Assembly (NCBI GenBank): GCA_965223665.1
Contig: OZ245011.1
Coordinates: forward strand, 2,880,001-2,944,000
Reading direction: 5' to 3'
DNA length: 64,000 nucleotides
Source: Nitrospinaceae bacterium
GTDB lineage: Bacteria; Nitrospinota; Nitrospinia; Nitrospinales; Nitrospinaceae
Shown: in pieces, positions 19,934 through 30,405 of the stretch
How the letters are laid out: every line of letters starts with the position of its first letter
How positions within the stretch are numbered: position 1 is the stretch's first letter
The notes under the pieces: generated by a model
Told to the model about the DNA's origin: nothing
What the model saw: only the letters and a program-made list of their open reading frames with translations
The model's database searches: none
Program-made: the position numbers and the translations under genes

Positions 19934-20353
19934 ATGAATTTCAGCGAAACTCCGACCATACAGCGTTATTCAGACGGTGATGTAATTGTTTCCGAAGGCA
20001 TCATTAGTAACAATGCTTACATTATTATTGAAGGAAAAGTCAACGTCACTAAGAAAGTGGATAAGAAAAATGTCTTAATTAATACATTAGGTCCGGGAGA
20101 AATATTCGGGGAAATGGGCCTGATTTCCCAAACCGTGCGTAGTGCTAGTGTGTTAGCAGTAGGCAATGTCACTATAGGTGTCATCGAAAAAGATCACTTT
20201 GATCAAGCTGTATCCCAACTTCCGGATGATTTAAAACTAATCATGAAAGCCCTTGTTGATCGGTTGCGGTTTACCAGTGAGCAATTGTCACGCATAGGAC
20301 TTGAACTAGAAAAAACAAGGAATGTGATTTCTTCCTTTTCAGTACAACAGTAA
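19934..20353 (+). CDS. Stand-alone cyclic-nucleotide-binding domain protein
   Basis: YIIIEGKV...GEIFGEMGLI...RSASV. Confidence 0.85.
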   Translation: MNFSETPTIQRYSDGDVIVSEGIISNNAYIIIEGKVNVTKKVDKKNVLINTLGPGEIFGEMGLISQTVRSASVLAVGNVTIGVIEKDHFDQAVSQLPDDLKLIMKALVDRLRFTSEQLSRIGLELEKTRNVISSFSVQQ

Positions 20354-20368
20354 TTTTCAAGAGGAAAA

Positions 20369-21565
20369 ATGCCAGTTTTCAAATATAAGACCACGGTACG
20401 GGGCAAAACTCAATCTGGAGAAGTAGAGGCAGAAAACGAAAAGGGCGCCATAGCAAAACTGCGCCAAAAAAATATTCGGGTTGATCGGGTAAAGAAAAAA
20501 TCACAAAGTGAATTTTTTGGCCCCAGAAAACAAAAAATAACAGATAAAGACATTGTGGTGTTTACTCGCCAATTTTCAACAATGGTAGATGCTGGCCTAC
20601 CACTAGTTCAATGTTTAGATATATTGGGAAAACAGGCGGATAATAAAACTTTCGGTGGAATTATTTTAAATGTAAAAGGTAACATTGAAGTGGGTGGAAA
20701 TCTTTCCGATTCATTGAGAAAGCATCCCAAAGTGTTCGATACCTTATACTGCAATTTAGTCGAAGCGGGTGAAGCAGGTGGAATTTTAGATACAATTCTG
20801 GCCCGACTTGCAAATTACATTGAAAAATCCGTAGCTTTGAAGAAAAAAGTTAAATCGGCTATGGTTTATCCAGCAGCGGTAATTACAGTTGCATTTGCCG
20901 TTGTTACATTTTTAATGATCTTTGTAATTCCAACTTTTGCAACAATGTTTGAGGGTAGTGGCCAGGAACTTCCTGGGCCTACTGCACTTGTTATGGCTGT
21001 AAGCCATTTTTTTCAGAATCAGTGGTACATAATTCTGGGAACACCTGTAGTTCTATTTTTTCTTTTCAAAAAAGTATACGCTACCGAACGCGGTAACATT
21101 GAGATCGATAGATTTGCACTTAAGCTTCCTGTATTCGGGATTTTAATTCGCAAAGTTTCTGTGGCTAAATTTACCCGAACCTTAGGAACATTGATTGCAA
21201 GTGGTGTGCCTCTTCTCGAAGCTATGGATATTTGCGCAAGAACCGCTGGAAATAAAATTGTAGAATTTGCAATTCTTCAAACCATAGAATCTGTAAAAGA
21301 AGGTGAAACCATTGCTGCCCCGTTAGCTCGCGCCGGCGTTTTCCCACCCATGGTAATTCAAATGATCGACGTCGGTGAATCTTCTGGTTCTTTGGATTCT
21401 ATGCTTTCTAAAATCGCTGATTTTTATGATGAAGAAGTAGATAACGCTGTACAGGCCTTAACCTCACTATTAGAACCTATGCTTATGGTGTTTCTAGGTG
21501 TTGTTGTTGGATTCATTGTCGTGGCGATGTATCTACCAATCTTTAAAATGGGTGATACTGTTTAG
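20369..21565 (+). CDS. pilC: Type IV pilus platform protein (GspF family)
   Basis: FTRQFSTMVDAGLPL, AGEAGGILD, KVKSAMVYP, LLEPMLMVFLG...MYLPIF. Confidence 0.93.
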   Translation: MPVFKYKTTVRGKTQSGEVEAENEKGAIAKLRQKNIRVDRVKKKSQSEFFGPRKQKITDKDIVVFTRQFSTMVDAGLPLVQCLDILGKQADNKTFGGIILNVKGNIEVGGNLSDSLRKHPKVFDTLYCNLVEAGEAGGILDTILARLANYIEKSVALKKKVKSAMVYPAAVITVAFAVVTFLMIFVIPTFATMFEGSGQELPGPTALVMAVSHFFQNQWYIILGTPVVLFFLFKKVYATERGNIEIDRFALKLPVFGILIRKVSVAKFTRTLGTLIASGVPLLEAMDICARTAGNKIVEFAILQTIESVKEGETIAAPLARAGVFPPMVIQMIDVGESSGSLDSMLSKIADFYDEEVDNAVQALTSLLEPMLMVFLGVVVGFIVVAMYLPIFKMGDTV

Positions 21566-21621
21566 TCGATCCACTCATTTAAATTTATTAATAACTCTTT
21601 CTACCTTCACCATCATCCGAT

Positions 21622-23379
21622 ATGGCTGGTCTTTGGGAAACTCCAGAAAAGGAGCAGCTTCTTAGAATAAAAACGATCATGGTTCTCAGGATCGTTTTTT
21701 TAACGGGATTTATTGCTCTAGCAATCCTATTTCAAATTGGAACAGAAAAAGAAACCCCCATTGGGCCTATTAGTTTAGTTCTAGGAATTGCTTACGTTTT
21801 ATCAATTTCCTATGCTCTCCTTTTAAAAATAGAGGTACGTCTTAACCGATTAGCTTGGCTTCAGGTTATAGGAGATACCTGTGTCATCGGAGGAATGATT
21901 TATTCTACCGGTGGCATTGAAAGTCCCCTTTCTTTTTTATTTCTTTTTGTAGTTATCTCAACCAGTGTAATGCTTCCCAAGGGGGCTTCGTATTTTGCCG
22001 CTTCTGGAGTAAGTATAGTTTATGGATTAATTGTAGATCTAGAATATTTTAAAATAATAGAACCTATATATTTCTTTCCAAAATCGAAAATATCATATTT
22101 TGGAGCTTATGGTTTTTACATTATTGCTCTTAATGTAACTTCATATTTTGCTGTTGCCTTTTTAAGTAGTTTCCTTGCCCACCGGTTATGGTTAATAAAG
22201 AATGAACTTCAAAATAAAAGTAAAGATCTAAAAAAGCTGCAATTGTTTCATAAAAATGTAGTTCAAAATATGGTCAGTGGGTTAATGACAACTGACTTAG
22301 TTGGCCGAGTTACTTCTGTAAATGCCGCCTGCGAATCGATTTCAGGGTTCTCTCTAAATGATTGTTTGGGACGATTTTGTTATGACCTTATTCCTATGAA
22401 ATCTCTGATTTCTTATTTTAAGAATCCAGACCCCACCCCTCCCCCATTACATCTTGAAGGCGAATGTATCAGAAAAGATGGAGAAAATATTTTAGTCTCG
22501 CTAAAAATAAGCTATCTCATCCACGTGGAAGACGAACCAACCGGACCAAAAGATCCCATTGACGGATACATATTTGTTATTGATGATCTAACAGAAATTA
22601 GAAAGATGGAAGAAAAAATGATGCAATCTGAACAATTGGCGGCGGTTGGAAAGTTTTCAGCAGGGTTGGCTCATGAAATCAGAAATCCGCTAGCTTCACT
22701 TAGTGGATCTATTCAGGTTTTAAAAAATGGGCTGAGTTTGGAGGGAGATTATCAACATCTTATGAATATTGTAATTAAAGAAACTGAACGATTAAATGGT
22801 ATTGTTTCAGATTTCCTGAATTATTCACAACCAAAAAAAACAAAGAACACCGTTATTGATTTAACTCAATTGTTAGAGGATGTCATTCTTCTATTAAAAA
22901 ATAGCAATGAATACGATCCTGCGATTGAAATAGATTTTGTTGCCCCTTCTGACCATGTCATTATTCAAAGTGAAGAGTCCCAAATAAAGCAAATGATATG
23001 GAACTTGTGTATCAATGGCATTCAAGCGATGACAAAGGTAGGCAGGTTGAAATTGGAAATTCAAACTGTGGTGGGTTACAAGCATAAAAGCTTTGAAACT
23101 TCACGAAAAGGGGTGCTAATTATGGTAATAGACCAAGGCAAAGGAATTCCTCCGGAAAAAATCGAAAAAATATTTGATCCTTTTTTTACAACCCGGGAAG
23201 AAGGAGTAGGATTAGGGTTACCCACCGTCCAAAAAATTGTTAAACGATTCGGAGGAAATATTGGAATCGAAAGTGAAGTCAATAAAGGAACTCGGTTCGA
23301 AGTATTTCTCCCTCAAGAAAGAGCTCTTCTTAGTGATCGGCAAAACAATTCTCAAGATTCTGCTCTTCAGCAACCTTGA
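21622..23379 (+). CDS. pilS: PilS-like membrane sensor histidine kinase with PAS domain
   Basis: Multi-TM N-terminus with TGGIESP, AHEIRNPL H-box, DQGKG/FDPFFTT/GVGLGL boxes; follows pilC. Confidence 0.82.
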   Translation: MAGLWETPEKEQLLRIKTIMVLRIVFLTGFIALAILFQIGTEKETPIGPISLVLGIAYVLSISYALLLKIEVRLNRLAWLQVIGDTCVIGGMIYSTGGIESPLSFLFLFVVISTSVMLPKGASYFAASGVSIVYGLIVDLEYFKIIEPIYFFPKSKISYFGAYGFYIIALNVTSYFAVAFLSSFLAHRLWLIKNELQNKSKDLKKLQLFHKNVVQNMVSGLMTTDLVGRVTSVNAACESISGFSLNDCLGRFCYDLIPMKSLISYFKNPDPTPPPLHLEGECIRKDGENILVSLKISYLIHVEDEPTGPKDPIDGYIFVIDDLTEIRKMEEKMMQSEQLAAVGKFSAGLAHEIRNPLASLSGSIQVLKNGLSLEGDYQHLMNIVIKETERLNGIVSDFLNYSQPKKTKNTVIDLTQLLEDVILLLKNSNEYDPAIEIDFVAPSDHVIIQSEESQIKQMIWNLCINGIQAMTKVGRLKLEIQTVVGYKHKSFETSRKGVLIMVIDQGKGIPPEKIEKIFDPFFTTREEGVGLGLPTVQKIVKRFGGNIGIESEVNKGTRFEVFLPQERALLSDRQNNSQDSALQQP

Positions 23380-23472
23380 AATTATTGTATATTTCAAATA
23401 TTCAAACCAAATTTAATGTTATACTTTCCTCCCGGTTCAACAAATTTTCTAAATTATTCAAACTATTTGTTT

Positions 23473-24294
23473 ATGAAACTACTTTTGTATTTGGGAATCG
23501 GCATTTTCTTTTTTGCCTGTTCCCATAGACCTACTCCCGACACTTCTCTTGAAAATATGGTTCAAATTCCCTCGGGTAAATTTCTAATGGGTGCCAAAAT
23601 TGAGAATGATCGTCATTGGGGAGATACTGACGAAGAACCCATACATGAGGTTTTTTTGGATACCTATTTAATAGATCGATATGAAGTAACCTCAAAAGAT
23701 TTTTCCGATTTTTTAAATCATCACAAAACAGATAGCAATAAATATATTGAATTGGGAAATGCCGTTACTATTGAAAAAGCCAACGGGGCTTTTCGTTCTC
23801 GTAAAGGATTGGAAAATTATCCTGCAAATCGTATTTCCTGGTTTGGTGCCAATACCTATTGTGAGTGGAAAGGAAAACGGCTTCCTACAGAAGCAGAATG
23901 GGAAAAGGCGGCAAAAGGTATTGAACAACAATATTTTCCTTGGGGAAATGAATTTCCCAATAACGAATGGGTTACATTTAGGAGAAAATTTTCTGAGTAT
24001 GGTTTTCAAGCAATGGAGCCTGTCAACTCAATGGAAAAAGGAAAATCTCCTTATGGTATTTATCATATGGCAGGTAATGTTTGGGAATGGGTTTCTGATT
24101 GGTATGCAGCCGATTATTATGATGAATCCCCCAAAAAAAATCCTCAGGGTCCTTCCTCAGGAATATCTAAAGTTCTTCGTGGGGGAAATTGGTACTTTAA
24201 AGCCTATTATATGAGAACAACCTACCGGTTTAATGAAAGACCGGATGTCTTTAAAGTATGGCAAGGGTTTAGGTGTGCGAAATCTTTGAAGTAA
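23473..24294 (+). CDS. FGE-sulfatase (SUMF1/formylglycine-generating enzyme family) domain lipoprotein
   Basis: FAC lipobox, GKFLMG, RLPTEAEWEKAA, MAGNVWEW, RGGNW, GFRCAK; alternative start 23416. Confidence 0.85.
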   Translation: MKLLLYLGIGIFFFACSHRPTPDTSLENMVQIPSGKFLMGAKIENDRHWGDTDEEPIHEVFLDTYLIDRYEVTSKDFSDFLNHHKTDSNKYIELGNAVTIEKANGAFRSRKGLENYPANRISWFGANTYCEWKGKRLPTEAEWEKAAKGIEQQYFPWGNEFPNNEWVTFRRKFSEYGFQAMEPVNSMEKGKSPYGIYHMAGNVWEWVSDWYAADYYDESPKKNPQGPSSGISKVLRGGNWYFKAYYMRTTYRFNERPDVFKVWQGFRCAKSLK

Positions 24295-25203
24295 TTATTT
24301 AAAAACTTTCTTTAATATCCATGGAACATTGACCTTTTTTTGACAATGCTTAAAAATAGCTGCGGTCAAGGGCATCAAGGTACAATGATCAATTAATATT
24401 CCTGCTTCACTAGAGTTAATTATTTCTAAAGGATTATCCCTTTTCCAAGTGGTGAAAGCCCAGTTGAACCACTGTTTACTTACAGCCATAGATTTTAAAG
24501 TCGGTAGTCTTTCCCCATGCATGTCAGTCTCATAAACAATATTTTCTTTTTGTCTCACCATGGTTTCATTTAATCGTTCTTCTGAGTTTTCACCAGATTG
24601 ACTGTAGGTTTTGGAATGTGGGTAAGAAAGATCTTGTCCCAAAAATATTATGGGAGAGCATCCCATTTCGAAAGCAAGGTGATAAGCCACTGAGAGCACA
24701 CTTCCACCTGGGGTCAAGGCCCCTACTTGCTGAAATTTATTTTGAATTTCAGATAAAATTGGAATATCCGGAGCATGCTGGTTATAAAAAACTATTTTAC
24801 TCTTCCAAACTTTTAACACTTGGGGGTGTACAATTGTTGGAGCAACTAATGTCATTCCTTGATGTGAAATACCGGTTATAAATTTTGTAATTTCCTCCTG
24901 GGGATCTAAACACACCACTAAAGATGGAAAAATATCCTGCTCAAGTAATGATTTTAAGGCTGCATCACAGGCAATGATTACAGCTTTATCTTTTACTTGC
25001 TTTAATAAGTAAATATTTTTATCTAAGGAGGGTCCAGCTCCAACCACAATAGCCGGGAGATCTAAAAATTTTTTTGCCAGAACTACAACACCAGGATTTC
25101 GTTTTATTTCTGGTAAATTAGTCAGGAAATTGTTTTTCCAAATTTCTGAGAAACGATTTATGGTTGCAGATTTTACCTCATTGATTTGTTTAATATTTTC
25201 CAT
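24295..25203 (-). CDS. Motility-associated factor (Maf)-like / MptE-like protein, putative flagellin glycosylation factor
   Basis: AIVVGAGPSLDKN, GGSV, GCSPIIFLGQDLSY; lies downstream of flgE. Confidence 0.75.
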   Translation of the reverse strand: MENIKQINEVKSATINRFSEIWKNNFLTNLPEIKRNPGVVVLAKKFLDLPAIVVGAGPSLDKNIYLLKQVKDKAVIIACDAALKSLLEQDIFPSLVVCLDPQEEITKFITGISHQGMTLVAPTIVHPQVLKVWKSKIVFYNQHAPDIPILSEIQNKFQQVGALTPGGSVLSVAYHLAFEMGCSPIIFLGQDLSYPHSKTYSQSGENSEERLNETMVRQKENIVYETDMHGERLPTLKSMAVSKQWFNWAFTTWKRDNPLEIINSSEAGILIDHCTLMPLTAAIFKHCQKKVNVPWILKKVFK

Positions 25204-25248
25204 TTATATAATTTAACAAAACTGAGGGAAAACTGACAATGGCAAAAT

Positions 25249-25283
25249 AAAAAAGCCCAGGAAAAAACCTGGGCTTATTTTTA
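25249..25283 (-). terminator. Terminator after flgE
   Basis: AAGCCCAGG-N6-CCTGGGCTT with A-tract on the left. Confidence 0.75.
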
Positions 25284-25289
25284 TAAATC

Positions 25290-26552
25290 TTATCGAGTTA
25301 AGTTTACGGTTTCCGTGAGCAAACTATCTGTTGTAGTGATTACACGGGCGGAAGCTTGGAAGGCTTGTTGAGTTTGAATTAAAGTAACAAACTCAGCAGC
25401 AAGGTCAACGTTAGATAATTCTAAAGTACTTCCTAATACTGAACCAAATGAACCTGTTTCAGGAAGTGAAATCACGGGTTGTCCAGAGGACCCCGATTCG
25501 GCAAAATGGTTTTGTCCTCGTCTGATAAGGCCTGTGGGTGCCAAAAAGTCTGCTAATGCAATTTTAAATAAATCCTGGGATTGTCCATTATTAAATAATC
25601 CACTAACAGTTCCATCAAAATCAACTGACAATCCAACTAAAATTCCTGTAGAAAATCCATCTTGAACTACCGAACTATTATTGGAAGGTGTAGAAAAAGC
25701 CGTAACCTTTCCATTACTCCCAACGCCGGTTGGATCCAATACGTTCCAAATCATAGTTTGAGTAGCAGCAGGTGGAGCAGCTCCAGAAAAATCAAGAACA
25801 ATATTAGGATTTACCACTCCCCCGGTTCCATTCACATCTTGTAATTGACCACTGGTATCAAAACTTAAGGTTCCTGATGCTCCGCTGGTCACAACTCCCT
25901 GACCTGGTGGTACAGTAATATCATAAGTCCATTCATTCGCGGTGGGGGAAGATACAGGAGTTTTAGTAAATTGAATATTCATGATGACCTGGGATCCAAC
26001 GGTATTGAATAACGAAATTGGAGAGTTAAAAGTAAAGCCAGCAGAAGCAGCACCATCTAAATTGGCTCCAAGTGTGAAGTTTGTGGTTGCTTGAGGAGAA
26101 GATTGTACACCGGCTAAATCCATATCTTCCAGGGTAGAACCAACCACATTGTTTGTAATTCGAAAACCTTGAAGAATTTCTCCACTAATTGTTTGAACTA
26201 AGCCGCTATCATTTATACGAAATTGTCCTGAGCGAGTGTAAAAGTTTCCGATTCCATCATTTACGATGAAAAATCCAGAACCATCAATTGCCATGTCTAA
26301 TTCCGAAGTTGTAGTTTCAAAGGATCCTTGCGAAAACGATTGTAAGGAACCCAGCAACTGAGTACCGCGTCCTACTTGGGTCGAAGTAGAACCATTGGAT
26401 AGCATAGTACTGAACAAATCTCCAAAGACCGCTTTACTTCCTTTAAAACCAAATGTATTTACATTCGAAATATTGTCACCGATTATGTTCATGGCTTGAG
26501 AATTCGTTCTCAACCCAGCGACCCCGGTGAACATTGAACCTAATAGTGACAT
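25290..26552 (-). CDS. flgE: Flagellar hook protein
   Basis: IGDNISNVNTFGFK, DMAIDGSGFF, YTRSGQF, LELSNVDLAAEF. Confidence 0.95.
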   Translation of the reverse strand: MSLLGSMFTGVAGLRTNSQAMNIIGDNISNVNTFGFKGSKAVFGDLFSTMLSNGSTSTQVGRGTQLLGSLQSFSQGSFETTTSELDMAIDGSGFFIVNDGIGNFYTRSGQFRINDSGLVQTISGEILQGFRITNNVVGSTLEDMDLAGVQSSPQATTNFTLGANLDGAASAGFTFNSPISLFNTVGSQVIMNIQFTKTPVSSPTANEWTYDITVPPGQGVVTSGASGTLSFDTSGQLQDVNGTGGVVNPNIVLDFSGAAPPAATQTMIWNVLDPTGVGSNGKVTAFSTPSNNSSVVQDGFSTGILVGLSVDFDGTVSGLFNNGQSQDLFKIALADFLAPTGLIRRGQNHFAESGSSGQPVISLPETGSFGSVLGSTLELSNVDLAAEFVTLIQTQQAFQASARVITTTDSLLTETVNLTR

Positions 26553-26570
26553 AATTACACTCCCTTGTAC

Positions 26571-27242
26571 TTAAGATTGAATAGATATTCTTGAGATTTC
26601 TTCCGCAGGTATTTTTTCACCGTTCACAATGGCAAATGCATTGTTATTCTCAAATAAAACATCGGTTACTTTTCCTGTGGTAAAGGTTTCTGAAGATATT
26701 TGGTTTCCAGACTCATCCGTGGCCCGGACATGAAAACTATATAAACCTGAACTTAAGGGTTTTCCATTAGAATCCAGACCTGTAAAGGGTACTAAGTTGG
26801 ATCCCTCAGAATTTGATCCTTCAAAGGTTTTTACCAACCCACCGCTTGCATTAAAAATATCAATGAAAACGTTCTCTGCATTTTGTCCCAATTGATAATT
26901 TAAATTCATGGGTTGCCCTGAAATATAATTAAAACTTTTTCCTTTAATGTCTACTTGTTTACCAATAAGATCAATCATCGAAGAATTGGTCATAGCTTTT
27001 TGTGCCGTAATCATTTCTTGCAAAGTGGTATTTACATTTGTGATTTGTTCCAAGGTACTGAATTGAGCTAATTGAGCACCAAAATCCTGACTTTCTAAAG
27101 GATTAAGTGGATCTTGAGAAGAAAGCTGTGTAACCAACAACTTTAAAAAATCATCTTTTCCTAAAGATTGCGATCCAGTAGTAGTTTTTTCAACAGCTTT
27201 TGTACTGACTTGATCTCTAATTCCATCCAATCCTGTATTCAT
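26571..27242 (-). CDS. flgD: Flagellar hook capping protein
   Basis: [22 protein letters not shown]...[11 protein letters not shown]. Confidence 0.95.
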   Translation of the reverse strand: MNTGLDGIRDQVSTKAVEKTTTGSQSLGKDDFLKLLVTQLSSQDPLNPLESQDFGAQLAQFSTLEQITNVNTTLQEMITAQKAMTNSSMIDLIGKQVDIKGKSFNYISGQPMNLNYQLGQNAENVFIDIFNASGGLVKTFEGSNSEGSNLVPFTGLDSNGKPLSSGLYSFHVRATDESGNQISSETFTTGKVTDVLFENNNAFAIVNGEKIPAEEISRISIQS

Positions 27243-27271
27243 AATTCCTCTCTAAAGGTATAACTAAAGTT

Positions 27272-28969
27272 TTATGCAAACAAACTAATAGATTGATTTT
27301 CATTAAAATATAAATTTCGGGTAACTATTTTCGAATCTTCTAAATTTCTTTCGATCTCATTTAAATTTTGACCAAATCCATTATATGGCTTTAAATTTTG
27401 TTCTCTCTGATTTGCAGTGTTTTGATTTTGGTCACCCCCGACAAGGACAGTAAAACTATCAATTTTTAAACCCTGACTGGATATGGAATCTTTTAATTGA
27501 TTTAAGTTTGTTTCAATAATTTGTTTTACAGAATGATTTTCTGCAACAATCAGAGTTTTCACTGTTTCCCCGCTAGAGGTAACATTCATACGAACCGTCC
27601 CCAAAGAAGGGGGATCCAATCGAATGTTAAATTCTCTATTCCCATTCATACCTCGAAGGGAAAATTTTTCTACTATTTGAGTAGTGACTGATTTTTCTAC
27701 TGTAGCCCTAGAGCTGTAGGTTTCTTGAAATGCAGGTTTTAAAGCCTCCACCGACTTGGTAGATGAATCCGATGCCCCCTGGGCTAATGATCCTAAAGTA
27801 CCATCGACACTGTGGTTTAAATTTGTAATGTTAGCTCCAGAAGTGTTGCCTAAAGTAAGGGATGAATTTACCGAAACTTTTCCCATCATATACGCTAAGG
27901 GTGACGGAAGACCTGAATCGACTCCTTTTTGTGTCATCAGGAGAGATGATATTTGCGTAGGGGACTCATTGTTTGGACTTGTTAAATTTAAAGTTTCAAA
28001 AGAAATTTTGGATTGTGCCTGTGATGTTTTTTCCGAAGACAATTTGGATACATTTTGACTCGAATGGCTAATATTATTTTTTAAACTTTTCTCTCCTTTT
28101 AAAATAGAATCAAAAGTTTTAGATAATAATTTTTCACTTCCAGATTTTCCTGCCCTGTTTGAATTGGATAATCCCTGTTGAATTTTTTCTATAATAGATC
28201 TCGCTTGATCTTCCGTAAGCCCAGCCTGCTTTAGTATTTCCAGTGCTAACTGTTCTGGTCGCAGGTTTGAAGATGAATTTCCGTTTCCATTAGTCAGTTT
28301 TTCTAATTCCGCGGTTAGCCCAGACGCACCCACTGCCTGCAGTAAATCAGGTAATGTTTTTATAATTTCCTGAACTTTATTTTGATCCCCTTTGAGATTT
28401 TGTAATATAGACTCAATTGTATCTGAATCTACTTTCAAAGCTTTAAGTTGATCTACCAGCGTTTGTTCATGGGTTTTATTTTGTGCGGTGGAGTTAGATT
28501 CCGTTGATTGGAGTTTTTCATTTATTGGGTTTGAATCTTTTTGAGAAACTGTGTTTTCATTTTTTGTGGTTTCGTCAGACTCTTTGAGATTAGAATTCGA
28601 GTTACTTTTGTTGTCTACTGATTTGATATTAGATTCTGGTTTATTATTTTTAGAAACTTCTTCCTTTGTATTTTTAAAATTTCGAGAATCATTGGAATTC
28701 TCTCTTATGGATCTTTCAGTTAAAGACTCAGGCTTAGTTTCTTGAGAATGATCAGATTTAGAATTTTCTATTCGCGGCGAGGGAGACTCTTCTTTATATT
28801 TAGATTGAAATGATGTGGAAGATTCTTTTACTTTTGGTTGGTGCATTTCTCCTTGAAATAATTGATCAAAACTTGTCTGACCATTGGAACGAATCCCAAA
28901 TTGACCCTGGCTGTTTTGATTCGGTTTGGTTCCGGTCAATAACCCAGTAATATTAATTTTATTCTCCAC
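27272..28969 (-). CDS. fliK: Flagellar hook-length control protein
   Basis: Low-complexity Ser/Asn/Lys-rich body, C-terminal IRLDPPSLGTV...L..QGL; upstream of flgD. Confidence 0.85.
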   Translation of the reverse strand: MENKINITGLLTGTKPNQNSQGQFGIRSNGQTSFDQLFQGEMHQPKVKESSTSFQSKYKEESPSPRIENSKSDHSQETKPESLTERSIRENSNDSRNFKNTKEEVSKNNKPESNIKSVDNKSNSNSNLKESDETTKNENTVSQKDSNPINEKLQSTESNSTAQNKTHEQTLVDQLKALKVDSDTIESILQNLKGDQNKVQEIIKTLPDLLQAVGASGLTAELEKLTNGNGNSSSNLRPEQLALEILKQAGLTEDQARSIIEKIQQGLSNSNRAGKSGSEKLLSKTFDSILKGEKSLKNNISHSSQNVSKLSSEKTSQAQSKISFETLNLTSPNNESPTQISSLLMTQKGVDSGLPSPLAYMMGKVSVNSSLTLGNTSGANITNLNHSVDGTLGSLAQGASDSSTKSVEALKPAFQETYSSRATVEKSVTTQIVEKFSLRGMNGNREFNIRLDPPSLGTVRMNVTSSGETVKTLIVAENHSVKQIIETNLNQLKDSISSQGLKIDSFTVLVGGDQNQNTANQREQNLKPYNGFGQNLNEIERNLEDSKIVTRNLYFNENQSISLFA

Positions 28970-29025
28970 CCACTAATTCCTTGTTAGGTTTTATTAACAC
29001 CATCCTGGTTTGGTTAACTTTAAAA

Positions 29026-29042
29026 AGCAAAAGGTATGCCAA
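29026..29042 (-). promoter_or_regulatory. Sigma54 -24/-12 promoter of fliK-flgD-flgE
   Basis: Minus strand TTGGCATACCTTTTGCT (GG-N10-GC). Confidence 0.8.
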
Positions 29043-29161
29043 ATGATAATTCGTTTCTAAAGAACGATTTTTGAATGAATTTTGATTGGAATAAATGGCC
29101 TGTATGTTAGGAAAGAAATGCCGAATAGGAAAAATTTGCTGGCAAGAAAATCATTACAATT

Positions 29162-29680
29162 TTAGAATTTAGGTTTATCACTGATCCATTCCTTAGGACT
29201 AAGAAACTCAAAAATTTGAATAATGTGTTGGGCAGCTTCTACAGATTCCAATTTAGTTAAATCCATATTTACCATTTTTTCATGGAAGAGGGTGTGAAAA
29301 TAATCTTTTATTCTTGAATCCTGGGTATTTACATTTTCTTGACTAAGAGGAATATCAGCTAAAATCCCTACGTCTATCCAAAATCCTCCACATTTTGCAC
29401 ACTGATTAATTTCATATTCGTAATTCTTGTCGAAAAAATGTCTATAAAGCAACGTTGTTGTACATTTTGGACATATATGGGTAACATCACGAAAAGAACG
29501 AATTCCAGAAGCACGGTTAATGGTAAAAAGGGACTTTCCCGAGGAGTTAGGACATTCTTTTAACTTTTTTATTGCTTCACGATCAAACCAAAATCCCCCG
29601 CACCCTCCATCACATGCATATACACAAATTGAAGAAATTAAGAATTTAGAAAGCTGGTTATTACAAGAGGGACAAATCAT
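29162..29680 (-). CDS. Double zinc-ribbon (zf-TFIIB-like) protein
   Basis: CPSC...CDGGCGGFWFD and CPKC...CAKCGGFWID repeats. Confidence 0.75.
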   Translation of the reverse strand: MICPSCNNQLSKFLISSICVYACDGGCGGFWFDREAIKKLKECPNSSGKSLFTINRASGIRSFRDVTHICPKCTTTLLYRHFFDKNYEYEINQCAKCGGFWIDVGILADIPLSQENVNTQDSRIKDYFHTLFHEKMVNMDLTKLESVEAAQHIIQIFEFLSPKEWISDKPKF

Positions 29681-29798
29681 TTTTATTTTCTATGATAAAA
29701 ATTTCCACTAAAACTTAATTCTTTACAGATCAATTTAAACAAATATTATTCAATCGCTTCATTCTTTGGAGTCGTTTGATAAAAACAATAAATATTAT

Positions 29799-30242
29799 TT
29801 AATAGTTTTTTATCAACATAGCTCCGGCAATTAATAAAAGACCTCCTAAAATTCTTCCTGTACTCATTGTTTGAATGGGAAAACCCAGTATACCAAAATG
29901 ATCAAAAATCAATGATGTCAACAACTGACCGGCAATAATAAACGCAATTAAGGTTGAAGCTCCAATTTTTGGTCCTACTAAAATACCCGTCCATACTAAA
30001 TATGCGCCTAAAGCACCGCCTGTCCATAGCCACCAGGGGATAGAAAGAGCCTTTCCCAAAGTGGGCCACGTGACACGAAAAAATATCACGTAGAATAGCA
30101 GTACTATAGTTCCACCAGCAAAAGATGAAAACGCTGCCCAAACGGTACTATCTACACGGTTTGCCAGTTGCGCATTGATACCCGCTTGTAATGGAATGAA
30201 GATTCCTGCAACAAAAGCCAGCAATAAATAAACATTTCCCAT
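29799..30242 (-). CDS. DMT superfamily transporter (YdcZ-like)
   Basis: QAGINAQLA, AAFSSFAGG, PWWLWTGGALGA, GQLLTSLIFDHFG. Confidence 0.88.
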   Translation of the reverse strand: MGNVYLLLAFVAGIFIPLQAGINAQLANRVDSTVWAAFSSFAGGTIVLLFYVIFFRVTWPTLGKALSIPWWLWTGGALGAYLVWTGILVGPKIGASTLIAFIIAGQLLTSLIFDHFGILGFPIQTMSTGRILGGLLLIAGAMLIKNY

Positions 30243-30405
30243 AATTACCTCTTATAAAATAAATCCACTCTGTAAATTAAATTCAGAGATTTCATTGATT
30301 AACTACTCAACCCAAAAAATAATCTTTTATCTTTTGAATGAGTTTTATTAAAGTAGAGCTAATTTGAATAAATAACAACTCTATTAAAAATATTTCGGTA
30401 ATTTC

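Noticed and set aside
22517-22532. parS-like TCATCCACGTGGAAGA inside pilS
   Set aside because: Three mismatches to consensus and fully explained by coding sequence
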